From positions 1 through 37,088 of the IMG/VR virus record IMGVR_UViG_3300037482_000223: a DNA stretch of 37,088 nucleotides; one strand, written 5' to 3'. A program made the position numbers and the translations under genes. Of the stretch, positions 15,557 to 23,023 are shown in pieces. Below the pieces are notes generated by a model. That model made no database searches, was not told the DNA's origin, and saw only the letters and a list, made by a program, of their open reading frames with translations. Position 1 is the stretch's first letter. Every line of letters begins with the position of its first letter. This stretch comes from a virus. Taxonomy: Duplodnaviria; Caudoviricetes.

Positions 15557-15856
15557 ATGAGTGAACAACTCGCCAAGGCGCTGCAGGAGAGACTGGGAGA
15601 CCGAAGCCTCAGAGCGTTAGCACGGGACCTGGGTGTTGCAGTAGGCACCGCCGAAGGCTGGCTCAAAGGGTGGCGGACACCAGACATCAAGCACATCTCC
15701 CGACTGGCTGTCTATCTTGGCGTCGACCCGAGCGTCATCGTCGACTGGGAGATAGCTGCAAGCGTGACTTTACATAACGTGGATTCAGGACCCTGGCTAC
15801 CACTCCGGGTCGTCCGACCTACAGACAACCGTCCTTATGCCAGCCAGGCTGCCTGA
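15557..15856 (+). CDS. XRE-family HTH immunity repressor with C-terminal ssrA-like tag
   Basis: SLRALARDLGVAVGTAEGWLKGWRTP…LAVYLGV HTH_3 pattern; C-terminus TDNRPYASQAA. Confidence 0.88.
   Translation: MSEQLAKALQERLGDRSLRALARDLGVAVGTAEGWLKGWRTPDIKHISRLAVYLGVDPSVIVDWEIAASVTLHNVDSGPWLPLRVVRPTDNRPYASQAA
15767..15794 (-). other. dif-like site 1 (candidate attP), good XerD arm
   Basis: Minus strand AGGGTCCTGAA-TCCACG-TTATGTAAAGT; right arm matches E. coli dif XerD arm TTATGTTAAAT at 9/11. Confidence 0.55.
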
Positions 15857-15879
15857 GCCGGGAGGGAAGGAGTCATGCG

Positions 15880-16176
15880 ATGTCATGGTCATCATTCCAC
15901 CGGGGGGACTATCAGAGGATGCGCCGCAATCTCACCGTAGCCCTGTTGGAGGCTGAGGCGATGGAGCCTCGGATCCAGCTTGCTTTCTCTCGAGGGCTGG
16001 TACCGGCCGAGCTGACCGCCAAGATGAGCTTGATCCGTCTCCTGTTGGAACGTGCCGACTTGTTGACCCGCAACGGGCTCGACGTCGCCATCGCGGATAC
16101 CCGCCTCTATTACACCGTCTACGCTGACACCACCTATTCAGACTCAGCGTTAGCCAACAGAGGGAGAGTCGCATGA
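15880..16176 (+). CDS. Hypothetical helical protein co-transcribed with the repressor
   Basis: 98 aa, AAGGAG upstream. Confidence 0.7.
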   Translation: MSWSSFHRGDYQRMRRNLTVALLEAEAMEPRIQLAFSRGLVPAELTAKMSLIRLLLERADLLTRNGLDVAIADTRLYYTVYADTTYSDSALANRGRVA

Positions 16177-16215
16177 ACCCATATCAGGCGAACGACCACT
16201 AGACGCTTCCGTGAG

Positions 16216-16243
16216 GTGTCCGATAGTCTGGACTATCTATGAG
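16216..16243 (+). other. dif-like site 2, XerC-type arm, inverted relative to site 1
   Basis: GTGTCCGATAG-TCTGGA-CTATCTATGAG; GATAG/CTATC inverted repeat around a 6 bp spacer. Confidence 0.4.
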
Positions 16244-16361
16244 AACACCACCAGACCTGTTTGACAGCCGGCCTCCACCAATGTGGGCGGTTCTTGTCAT
16301 CTCCGCGGCCGCTGCTCTTGTCGCCTATCTGGCTTACGTCGGGTTGCTTGCCCTGATCTAG
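16239..16361 (+). CDS. 40 aa membrane peptide
   Basis: Translated by hand: MRTPPDLFDSRPPPMWAVLVISAAAALVAYLAYVGLLALI. Confidence 0.55.
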   Translation: MRTPPDLFDSRPPPMWAVLVISAAAALVAYLAYVGLLALI

Positions 16362-16430
16362 TCTCCCTGAGCGGGAGCGGCGTCACCAAGAGATGCTCGA
16401 CGCCACTCGTAAGCAGCCCGACCCATAAGC

Positions 16431-16470
16431 AAAAGACCCGCCACCATCCTTAACGGACAGTGACGGGTCT
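16431..16470 (-). terminator. Intrinsic terminator of the late operon
   Basis: AGACCCG…CGGGTCT stem followed by a T run on the minus strand, at the convergence point. Confidence 0.6.
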
Positions 16471-16488
16471 CGGCTGTAGAAGATCAGT

Positions 16489-16734
16489 TTACAGGTTCCG
16501 TGTCCTCTCGTCGACACGCTTCCTCGACCGGCGGTCGAGGATGAAATGGACAAACAAGAACACCAGCAGGATCACCAGCAGAGCGGTGAGTGGCCAGAAG
16601 CTCCGTTGCAGGAACCACACCGACTCGCTCAGCGTGTCCCCGCGGTCAGTGTCGACCAGCGCCCAGGTTTCAGCTCCGACAAAGATCCCGAGCCAGGCCA
16701 TCCAGAACCAGAACCAGGGGCGCTTGGGGTTCAT
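16489..16734 (-). CDS. Membrane protein, 2 TM (lysis cassette)
   Basis: Two hydrophobic segments flanking GDTLSE.VW; basic tail. Confidence 0.8.
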   Translation of the reverse strand: MNPKRPWFWFWMAWLGIFVGAETWALVDTDRGDTLSESVWFLQRSFWPLTALLVILLVFLFVHFILDRRSRKRVDERTRNL

Positions 16735-16904
16735 GCTTCTCTGACGATGTAACCGCCGGCGAAGCCGAGCACCGTCGAGATGGCGGCACCCACCTCGGCG
16801 GATACGTCAAGCCCCCAGACGGCACCGAGCGCCCAGGCGACGATGATGCCAAGGGCACCACCGGCACCAGCTCCGGTCACTTTGCGGGTTGGGGCAACGG
16901 ACAT
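16731..16904 (-). CDS. Holin-like protein, 2 TM (57 aa)
   Basis: PTRKVTGAGAGGALGIIVAW…EVGAAISTVLGFAGGY, actinophage holin pattern; AGGAGG RBS. Confidence 0.8.
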   Translation of the reverse strand: MSVAPTRKVTGAGAGGALGIIVAWALGAVWGLDVSAEVGAAISTVLGFAGGYIVREA

Positions 16905-16976
16905 GGGTTTACCTCCTGGTTTGATTTCATGGCGGCCGAAAAGAACACGGAGAAACGCCGCAGGGCGGGGCATCGG

Positions 16977-17321
16977 TCAGGAGATGTCGAAGTCGTCTCG
17001 TCGGAGGAGCCGCCGTTTCCGCACCCAGGTGTAGATCGACCAAGCGGCAAGGATGATCGGGATTCCGACCAGGAGAGCGACCACCACACTCCGCAGATTC
17101 GCCGCCCCGGTCACAGACACCAATCCTGCGGTCAGGAACATGGATTGCACTCCCAGCCGGACGCCTTCCCCGATCACCTGATGCCGGACCAACTCGTGTA
17201 GGTCGGGGTGTGGCGGTTCGGAATGCATAACAAGCCAACGCTCCCGCACCGCGTCGATGAACAGGAGGATGCTGACCAGGACACCCAAAGATGAGGCTCC
17301 GACGACTATCTCTGCTTCCAT
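16977..17321 (-). CDS. Membrane protein, 3 TM
   Basis: Three hydrophobic segments; AGGAGG RBS. Confidence 0.75.
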   Translation of the reverse strand: MEAEIVVGASSLGVLVSILLFIDAVRERWLVMHSEPPHPDLHELVRHQVIGEGVRLGVQSMFLTAGLVSVTGAANLRSVVVALLVGIPIILAAWSIYTWVRKRRLLRRDDFDIS

Positions 17322-17455
17322 GACCCTCCTGACCGTTTGATCTCATAGAGCCTGAGTTGGGTTTCGAGGGCAGCGAGCCGCAGGCTTGTCTCACTCAGGA
17401 GACGCCGACGCCTCTCCTCCTCTGTCTTGCGTCGCTCGTTCTTCTTCGGTCTCAT
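17306..17455 (-). CDS. Small basic coiled-coil protein (49 aa)
   Basis: MRPKKNERRKTEEERRRRLL…; ATGA coupling. Confidence 0.6.
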   Translation of the reverse strand: MRPKKNERRKTEEERRRRLLSETSLRLAALETQLRLYEIKRSGGSWKQR

Positions 17456-17661
17456 GGTGGTTCCACCAGGGTCACCGCCTTGTCGGTCGCGGCCACGCTC
17501 TTCATCGCCAACTGGATCCAATGGTCTCGTTCTGCTTCGAGACGCCGATATGCCTTCCCGGTGAACCACCATTCCCTGACAGCACCAGTCACCACAATGA
17601 TCAGAGCTACCAAGAGTCCAAGCGGCCCGAGTAGCAAGTTGAAGAGTTCTGACTCAGTCAC
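17452..17661 (-). CDS. Membrane protein, 1 TM plus coiled coil
   Basis: LLLGPLGLLVALIIVV…ERDHW; directly after the endolysin. Confidence 0.75.
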   Translation of the reverse strand: MTESELFNLLLGPLGLLVALIIVVTGAVREWWFTGKAYRRLEAERDHWIQLAMKSVAATDKAVTLVEPP

Positions 17662-17667
17662 AGTTCA

Positions 17668-18546
17668 TCAGACGAGCTTCACCGTGTCGCCGCGGGCCAG
17701 CCCGCCACCACCGCCGGCCTCTTCCAAAGTTTTGACGCGTGCTAGCAGATCCTTGATCGCATAAACGCCGGCCCGGTCCAGGAACGTAGCGAGCTCGTCG
17801 TTGAAGGCGACGCCTCCCGGTTGGGTGGCTGAGGACATCACCCCGGCGGCTACCGCCCGGTCGAATGCGGGTTTGAGTACGGCCTGGCCGTCGTCGGCTT
17901 TGCTGTTGCGGTCAACCATGTCTTCCTCCATGAGGGCTTGGGTGTCTGTTCTGATTTGTGGCATCGGGTTGGTGAACCCACCCCACCGTGGGTCGATCTT
18001 CCGTGTCGTCCACTCCCGGTGGCCGACCACCCGGAACGCGGGGTCCCAGCCCATGTGCTGGCAGATGGCGGCGTTAGACCGGATGAGCGCGTCACGTTGG
18101 GCATCGGCGATATAGGTGCCATTGCCGAGATGTTGGACTTCGTTGTCGATGAACCAAGCGTTTCCGCCGACACCAGGGTTAGAACCGGCGGGCTGGCCTG
18201 AACTGTTGTAGGTGTCGGATGATGCCGGGAGCGGTTTGTCGGAGCTGACCGCGGCCAACACCTTCTGGTCTCCGTAACCCGAATCGAATGCCCACCCGGC
18301 GTTGAGAATCACTACCACCCCGTCACCTCGGATGGTCAGATTGCACTTCTCCTCGAGCGACGAGTTGCGGTAATAGGGAGGGTTGGGGTAGTCGATGAGG
18401 ATCGACGACCCGGCGGTGTGGTGGTTGAGGAGTCCGACCGGCTTGTAATCGGAGAACGGGCGCATCGTCCGGGTCTTCCAGCCGGTGTGTTCGACGACGG
18501 TGAGCCCGGCGTCCCGGTGGATGTCGACCAACCAGTCGAGTTTCAT
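17668..18546 (-). CDS. Endolysin, N-acetylmuramoyl-L-alanine amidase (Amidase_2) with SLH-like C-terminal motif
   Basis: NHHTAG…NEVQH…VVGHREWTTRKIDP. Confidence 0.92.
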   Translation of the reverse strand: MKLDWLVDIHRDAGLTVVEHTGWKTRTMRPFSDYKPVGLLNHHTAGSSILIDYPNPPYYRNSSLEEKCNLTIRGDGVVVILNAGWAFDSGYGDQKVLAAVSSDKPLPASSDTYNSSGQPAGSNPGVGGNAWFIDNEVQHLGNGTYIADAQRDALIRSNAAICQHMGWDPAFRVVGHREWTTRKIDPRWGGFTNPMPQIRTDTQALMEEDMVDRNSKADDGQAVLKPAFDRAVAAGVMSSATQPGGVAFNDELATFLDRAGVYAIKDLLARVKTLEEAGGGGGLARGDTVKLV

Positions 18547-18554
18547 CGCTCCTC

Positions 18555-19106
18555 CTATCCGAGCCCGTATAGGGCGACCCGGGACCCGGTGACAAAGTTG
18601 GTGCCTGCTTCAGGGACCAGTCGGATGATGTCGATGACAGACGTGTTCTCCCAGCGGCCGGAGAAGATCGAGTCGTACCAGGTCGCATCGTCGACGAAAA
18701 CACCACGGCCAATGAACAGCTTGTGGTGGTCGGTGTCGGCATACCCGAAGATCTTGAACTCGACAGCAGCGAACGACCCGCTGGCTGCGGTAACGGCAGC
18801 GACAATCCCGCCTTCTACTTGGGCGCTAGCCCCCGAGGTGAGCGTGTTCGCAGTGTTGCCCTCGAACCGGCGACGTGTCGAATAGTTGTTACCGGCGTCG
18901 ATGGTGGTATTACCGACCCGGATGTAGACCTCGTCGGTGGCGACAGCCGCCCGGTCGGTCCGCAACTCACAGAGGAGCAACAAGTCTCGATGTGCTCCCG
19001 TGATACCGGAGAACTCGATATTGGTCGCCGCAGCGCCAAGCACCGTTTCAGCGAGGAGCACCAGATCCCCGCCGCCTCCACCAACGGCCGTTGGTAACCA
19101 GCCCAT
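18555..19106 (-). CDS. Minor tail / fibre tip protein
   Basis: LLAETVLGAAATNIEFSGI…NFVTGSRVALYG, beta-rich; follows the tail-tip gene. Confidence 0.75.
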   Translation of the reverse strand: MGWLPTAVGGGGGDLVLLAETVLGAAATNIEFSGITGAHRDLLLLCELRTDRAAVATDEVYIRVGNTTIDAGNNYSTRRRFEGNTANTLTSGASAQVEGGIVAAVTAASGSFAAVEFKIFGYADTDHHKLFIGRGVFVDDATWYDSIFSGRWENTSVIDIIRLVPEAGTNFVTGSRVALYGLG

Positions 19107-22100
19107 CAGCCGCCCTTCCCCACCGTGTAATGCTCAGCCACTTCAGCGGCGGTCAACGCCCGGTCCCAGACTGCGACCTCGTCGAGCTGGCCGTCGACAC
19201 GGTATTTCTCCGAGAATGATTCGGCTGCATCCCAGCCGATAGACACGATCTCTGTGTTGGCGGTGATGCTCAGCCCACCAGTGTCGGTGTCGACCAGCAC
19301 CCCGTTGAGATACAACCTTGTGGTTGAGGTTCCGTCGAATGTGACGACGGCGTGGTAGTCGGTGTCATTGGAGAGGGCTCCTGAGGCCACAACCTGGATG
19401 TCGGTGTTGTCGGTGAAGAACACTCCTGCTGCGACCACCCCAAACTCCCAGCCCAGCTTCGACGTGTCTCCCTCCCGTTTGTGGATGAGGATTTGAGTGA
19501 TCGAATCGAGGGCGTCGCCGTTGAACCAGGCTTCGAGTGTGAACGGCCCCGAGGTGAAGTCCATGTCTGCCCAGTCCGCGCCATTCACGCCCTGGTTCGA
19601 TCCGTTGAGATCGACCGATGGTGAGCCTGAACCATCTTTCATCACTCCGGCGGCACCGAGGGTCGGAGCGTTGAGATAGGTGGCGTTGAACGGCCCGGAT
19701 GCGTGGCCGGCGGAGTCGACGGCGGTAGTCCCGGAGGCCTCGTCGAAACGCCAGTAGGCGAGCGGCCCGTCGGCGAGGACAACATCCACATACCGGCGGC
19801 GGGCCGACCCGACGTCGACCAGGTAGAGGGCCAAAGACGCCGACGCCAGGTCGTGGGTCAACGAGTCGTCGTGGTCGACGTACACCTTCACCTGGTCTCC
19901 GGCCAGGAACGGGATGGCAGGGGCGACCCCTTCGAACAGCCGGCCATCCACCGCGGTCCACAGACCGGGGTCGTCATCCGGCGGCCAGACAACGGTCTCG
20001 GCACCGCCGCGGACCCGGACGATCCAGACGCTGCCACCACCCTCCCAGGTGTTCCACCCGATCAGAACAGCGACGTTGTAATAGCCGGGCTCTTGGATAG
20101 TGACCTCGGTGGCCGGGAACGTGGGGATCGCAAACGCCAACGTGGTTATGACCGCCGACAGATTGGCCCAGGCGACCTCCTCACCAGATACCGCGATCGT
20201 CTGGGTGGTGGACCGACCCAGGTGGATGTGGGCACCCGTCCTCTGCCCACCGGCTGCGAGCAGAGCCGTCTGGGTACCACCACCTCGGCCCGGCCGACGC
20301 TTCAATTCGTCGAGCAGGAAGTCGACCGCCTTGGCGAGTGCGGCGTCGGGTGAGAACACTGTCGACCCTTGCACCACATACCTGGTGGGGGTCTGATGCG
20401 CCCAGGTGATCCGGCGCACCCGGCGGGCTTCCTTGGCGAGTATGCCGGGGAACTGCCACCAGATCTTCGACCCCTCCTCGTAGTCGATGAGGGGGACCGA
20501 GGAGTCGGAGCCGAGCACGGTGGCGGTGGCGGCGGCCAGGTTGTCGGCCTGCTCTGCGAAGTGAGCGTCCAAAAGTGCTTGAAGGGAGTCATTGGAGCCG
20601 AGTTGCTCGGCGTCGACGATCCGCTCCCGGCGCCCCATGTTGGTGACCAGCGTGGCGTCGGTGTCCTCGAGGGTGAGCCCTCCCGGCCCCCAGGCCAGCA
20701 TCGTGGAGAACCGGGGGATCCGTTTCACGATCTCGGCGTCTTCGATCTTCCCCCCGGCGGTTACCGACGCTCCACCTGCAGCGGTCGTCTGGTCGTCGAT
20801 TTCGCTGCCGGGAGCCCACAGCTGCAGATCATGGGTGTTCCCGCCGGATGGGACCGCCTTGGCTTTGACCCGCCATTCCCAACCCATCGAATGCAGCGTT
20901 CCGAGTGGCTTGCCGAGGTGGGCGTTCTCCCCGAACCATGCGGTGAACGACATCGGTGTCACCGTGTTCCCGGCGGTGTCGGTGGTGTCAGTGAAGTCGG
21001 GGTCCAAGAAGGTGGCGGTGCCGCGGGTTTGGGCGGCTTCGAGAAGCTGGCGGATGATCTTGGTCCCGGTGGCCTCCGGGTCTCCGGCGAGGAAGGTGGC
21101 CCCCTGCCAGTTCACGTAGAAGGCGCCGGCGTTGGCGGGGTCGACCGCCACCCGGAAGATCACCTGATTGACTCCGGCGGGGATGGTCAGACTGTCGATG
21201 GTCAATGTCTGATACGACCCTGAGGTGAGGGTGACTACTTTGCGGGCGATCCGTCCTCCGAAGATGTCGCGGACGACGATGATGAACAGCCCGGCGGATG
21301 AGACAGTCGGCTGGACCCGGATCGAAATATTGGAGTAGGTCTCCCCGGGGATCACGTTGAGGACGATCTGAGACCCAGCGAAACCGTTGAATGCGTTGAC
21401 CCTGAGCGTCCAGTCGGCCCCCGTGTCGAGGGGGGTGGTCCGTACTTCGAGGGCGGGCACACCGTAGGTGCCATGCTGGTCGGGGTCGCCCGCCTCGGCG
21501 TCGATCGGCTTGGAGATGGTGATCGGCGACGGGTCGAAGCCGCCTTCGAGAGTTTTGGCGAGGACGTGAGAGTTGGCTGGTGTCAGGTTCGACCCGTCCA
21601 CCGTGACCGTTGTCGGATCCGGTGGGTTGTAGAAGGTGATGATCCACGGGTCGGCAGCGGTCCCTGACCCTGAGACAGTGACGTCTTGAACTGTGGACAG
21701 GCCCTGCAGACCCGACCCGGCATCCACCCCCGAGCCTTCCAACCCGTCGGCGGAGATGTCGAAGGCGAGGGCCTCAGTGGTGTCACCGTCGACGGTGACC
21801 GTGAATGTCCCCGCGGTGGCGGTGGTATGGAGGCTCCACTCCTCTTTGATGTTCCCCAGGTCCTCGAGCCCGAGAGGCGGGAGGATGTTCTCGGTGCCCC
21901 ACTTCCAATCCTGGGCGCCGTCCCGATCGGTTTTCGGGTAGATGCCGATGGTCTCGACGACCCCATTGATTTGAGGTCCGGTGATCGCCCGACGCGACGG
22001 TCTCTCCTCGGGAATCGCCACCCGGGCAGCCTCGAACTCATCGATGAGCTGAGCACCGGCAAAGGCTCGAATCAGGGAGCCTGTGGAACCGGTGACCTGT

Positions 22101-22264
22101 GCCAGGTCAGGCCAGTTGGCGGGGACCAGCAGTGTCTCGTCGGTCCAGCCTGACAGCTCTTTGACACCCGACGAACCGGCTAGAGCGTATTGGGCTGGGA
22201 CGGCGAAGCGTCGTTCGAACGTCGCCGATGTGGGGAGGGTCCACACCTCGAAACGGAGCAGCAT
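19106..22264 (-). CDS. Central tail-tip (Tal-like) protein with carbohydrate-binding and C-terminal LamG domains
   Basis: 1052 aa after Dit; C-terminus PLAYWRFDE…FTLEAWF…YHAVVTFDG…LYLNG…LDEVAVWDRALTAAEV. Confidence 0.85.
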   Translation of the reverse strand: MLLRFEVWTLPTSATFERRFAVPAQYALAGSSGVKELSGWTDETLLVPANWPDLAQVTGSTGSLIRAFAGAQLIDEFEAARVAIPEERPSRRAITGPQINGVVETIGIYPKTDRDGAQDWKWGTENILPPLGLEDLGNIKEEWSLHTTATAGTFTVTVDGDTTEALAFDISADGLEGSGVDAGSGLQGLSTVQDVTVSGSGTAADPWIITFYNPPDPTTVTVDGSNLTPANSHVLAKTLEGGFDPSPITISKPIDAEAGDPDQHGTYGVPALEVRTTPLDTGADWTLRVNAFNGFAGSQIVLNVIPGETYSNISIRVQPTVSSAGLFIIVVRDIFGGRIARKVVTLTSGSYQTLTIDSLTIPAGVNQVIFRVAVDPANAGAFYVNWQGATFLAGDPEATGTKIIRQLLEAAQTRGTATFLDPDFTDTTDTAGNTVTPMSFTAWFGENAHLGKPLGTLHSMGWEWRVKAKAVPSGGNTHDLQLWAPGSEIDDQTTAAGGASVTAGGKIEDAEIVKRIPRFSTMLAWGPGGLTLEDTDATLVTNMGRRERIVDAEQLGSNDSLQALLDAHFAEQADNLAAATATVLGSDSSVPLIDYEEGSKIWWQFPGILAKEARRVRRITWAHQTPTRYVVQGSTVFSPDAALAKAVDFLLDELKRRPGRGGGTQTALLAAGGQRTGAHIHLGRSTTQTIAVSGEEVAWANLSAVITTLAFAIPTFPATEVTIQEPGYYNVAVLIGWNTWEGGGSVWIVRVRGGAETVVWPPDDDPGLWTAVDGRLFEGVAPAIPFLAGDQVKVYVDHDDSLTHDLASASLALYLVDVGSARRRYVDVVLADGPLAYWRFDEASGTTAVDSAGHASGPFNATYLNAPTLGAAGVMKDGSGSPSVDLNGSNQGVNGADWADMDFTSGPFTLEAWFNGDALDSITQILIHKREGDTSKLGWEFGVVAAGVFFTDNTDIQVVASGALSNDTDYHAVVTFDGTSTTRLYLNGVLVDTDTGGLSITANTEIVSIGWDAAESFSEKYRVDGQLDEVAVWDRALTAAEVAEHYTVGKGG

Positions 22265-23023
22265 CTAAGCCCACCTGTTACGCCATTTGATGGTCGTCGA
22301 CGCGGTGGTGACCACCGTGACCGTCGAAGCCTGCTGCAGCCGACACCAGGCGAGCTCGGTGAAGCTGACATCCCCGCGGACGTCTGCCCCCGTGTTGTCG
22401 AGGACGGTACCTGCCCCGACGTCGACGGTCACCGGGTAGGTGGGCCCTGCGGCGGCGGTGATCTGGTATTCGGATCCGTCAGGGTTGGTGACCGTCACGG
22501 TAGAGGCAACCGAGAAGATGATGATCGGGTCGAAGATGACCCGGTCTCCTGATGTGACCACCGCCGGCGGGTTGCCTACCGCCGATGATTCAGTGGCAGC
22601 CTGCCACGAGCCGGACGGGACGGTCAGCAGGAACACATAGACGTGACGTTGCGCGCCGACGAATCCGGGCGTGTTCGACTTGACAATGGCACGCACAGCA
22701 CCCATGTGGGGGAGAGTGCGGGTCAGGACCGGCGCCGGTTTGTTGATCTCTCGTTTCAGCAGCGACAGATTCTCATAAATGTGTCCGGCTTCTCCGTCGG
22801 CATGGTTGACCGCCCCTGTCTCGTCGGTCCATCGGAGGTGGACTCGAAGGGTGGCGACCAATGGTGAGAAGGGAGCTTCATTGTCGAATGTGATCCCGTC
22901 CCTGCCCGGCACCTGGACACCGACATCACTGTATGGGGAGGGCACCTCGTCTTCGATGGTGGCGAACGTGGCCACGTCGAGAAGGTCGAGGGCATTGATA
23001 GCGTGGGCGTAATCCCATGTCAT
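22265..23023 (-). CDS. Distal tail (Dit-like) protein
   Basis: Follows the TMP; VPGRDG motif; ends WRNRWA. Confidence 0.8.
   Translation of the reverse strand: MTWDYAHAINALDLLDVATFATIEDEVPSPYSDVGVQVPGRDGITFDNEAPFSPLVATLRVHLRWTDETGAVNHADGEAGHIYENLSLLKREINKPAPVLTRTLPHMGAVRAIVKSNTPGFVGAQRHVYVFLLTVPSGSWQAATESSAVGNPPAVVTSGDRVIFDPIIIFSVASTVTVTNPDGSEYQITAAAGPTYPVTVDVGAGTVLDNTGADVRGDVSFTELAWCRLQQASTVTVVTTASTTIKWRNRWA

Noticed and set aside
16362-16430. tRNA or tmRNA fragment serving as attP
   Set aside because: Only an imperfect hairpin (GAGCGGCGTC…GACGCCACTC); no T-loop or CCA features recognisable
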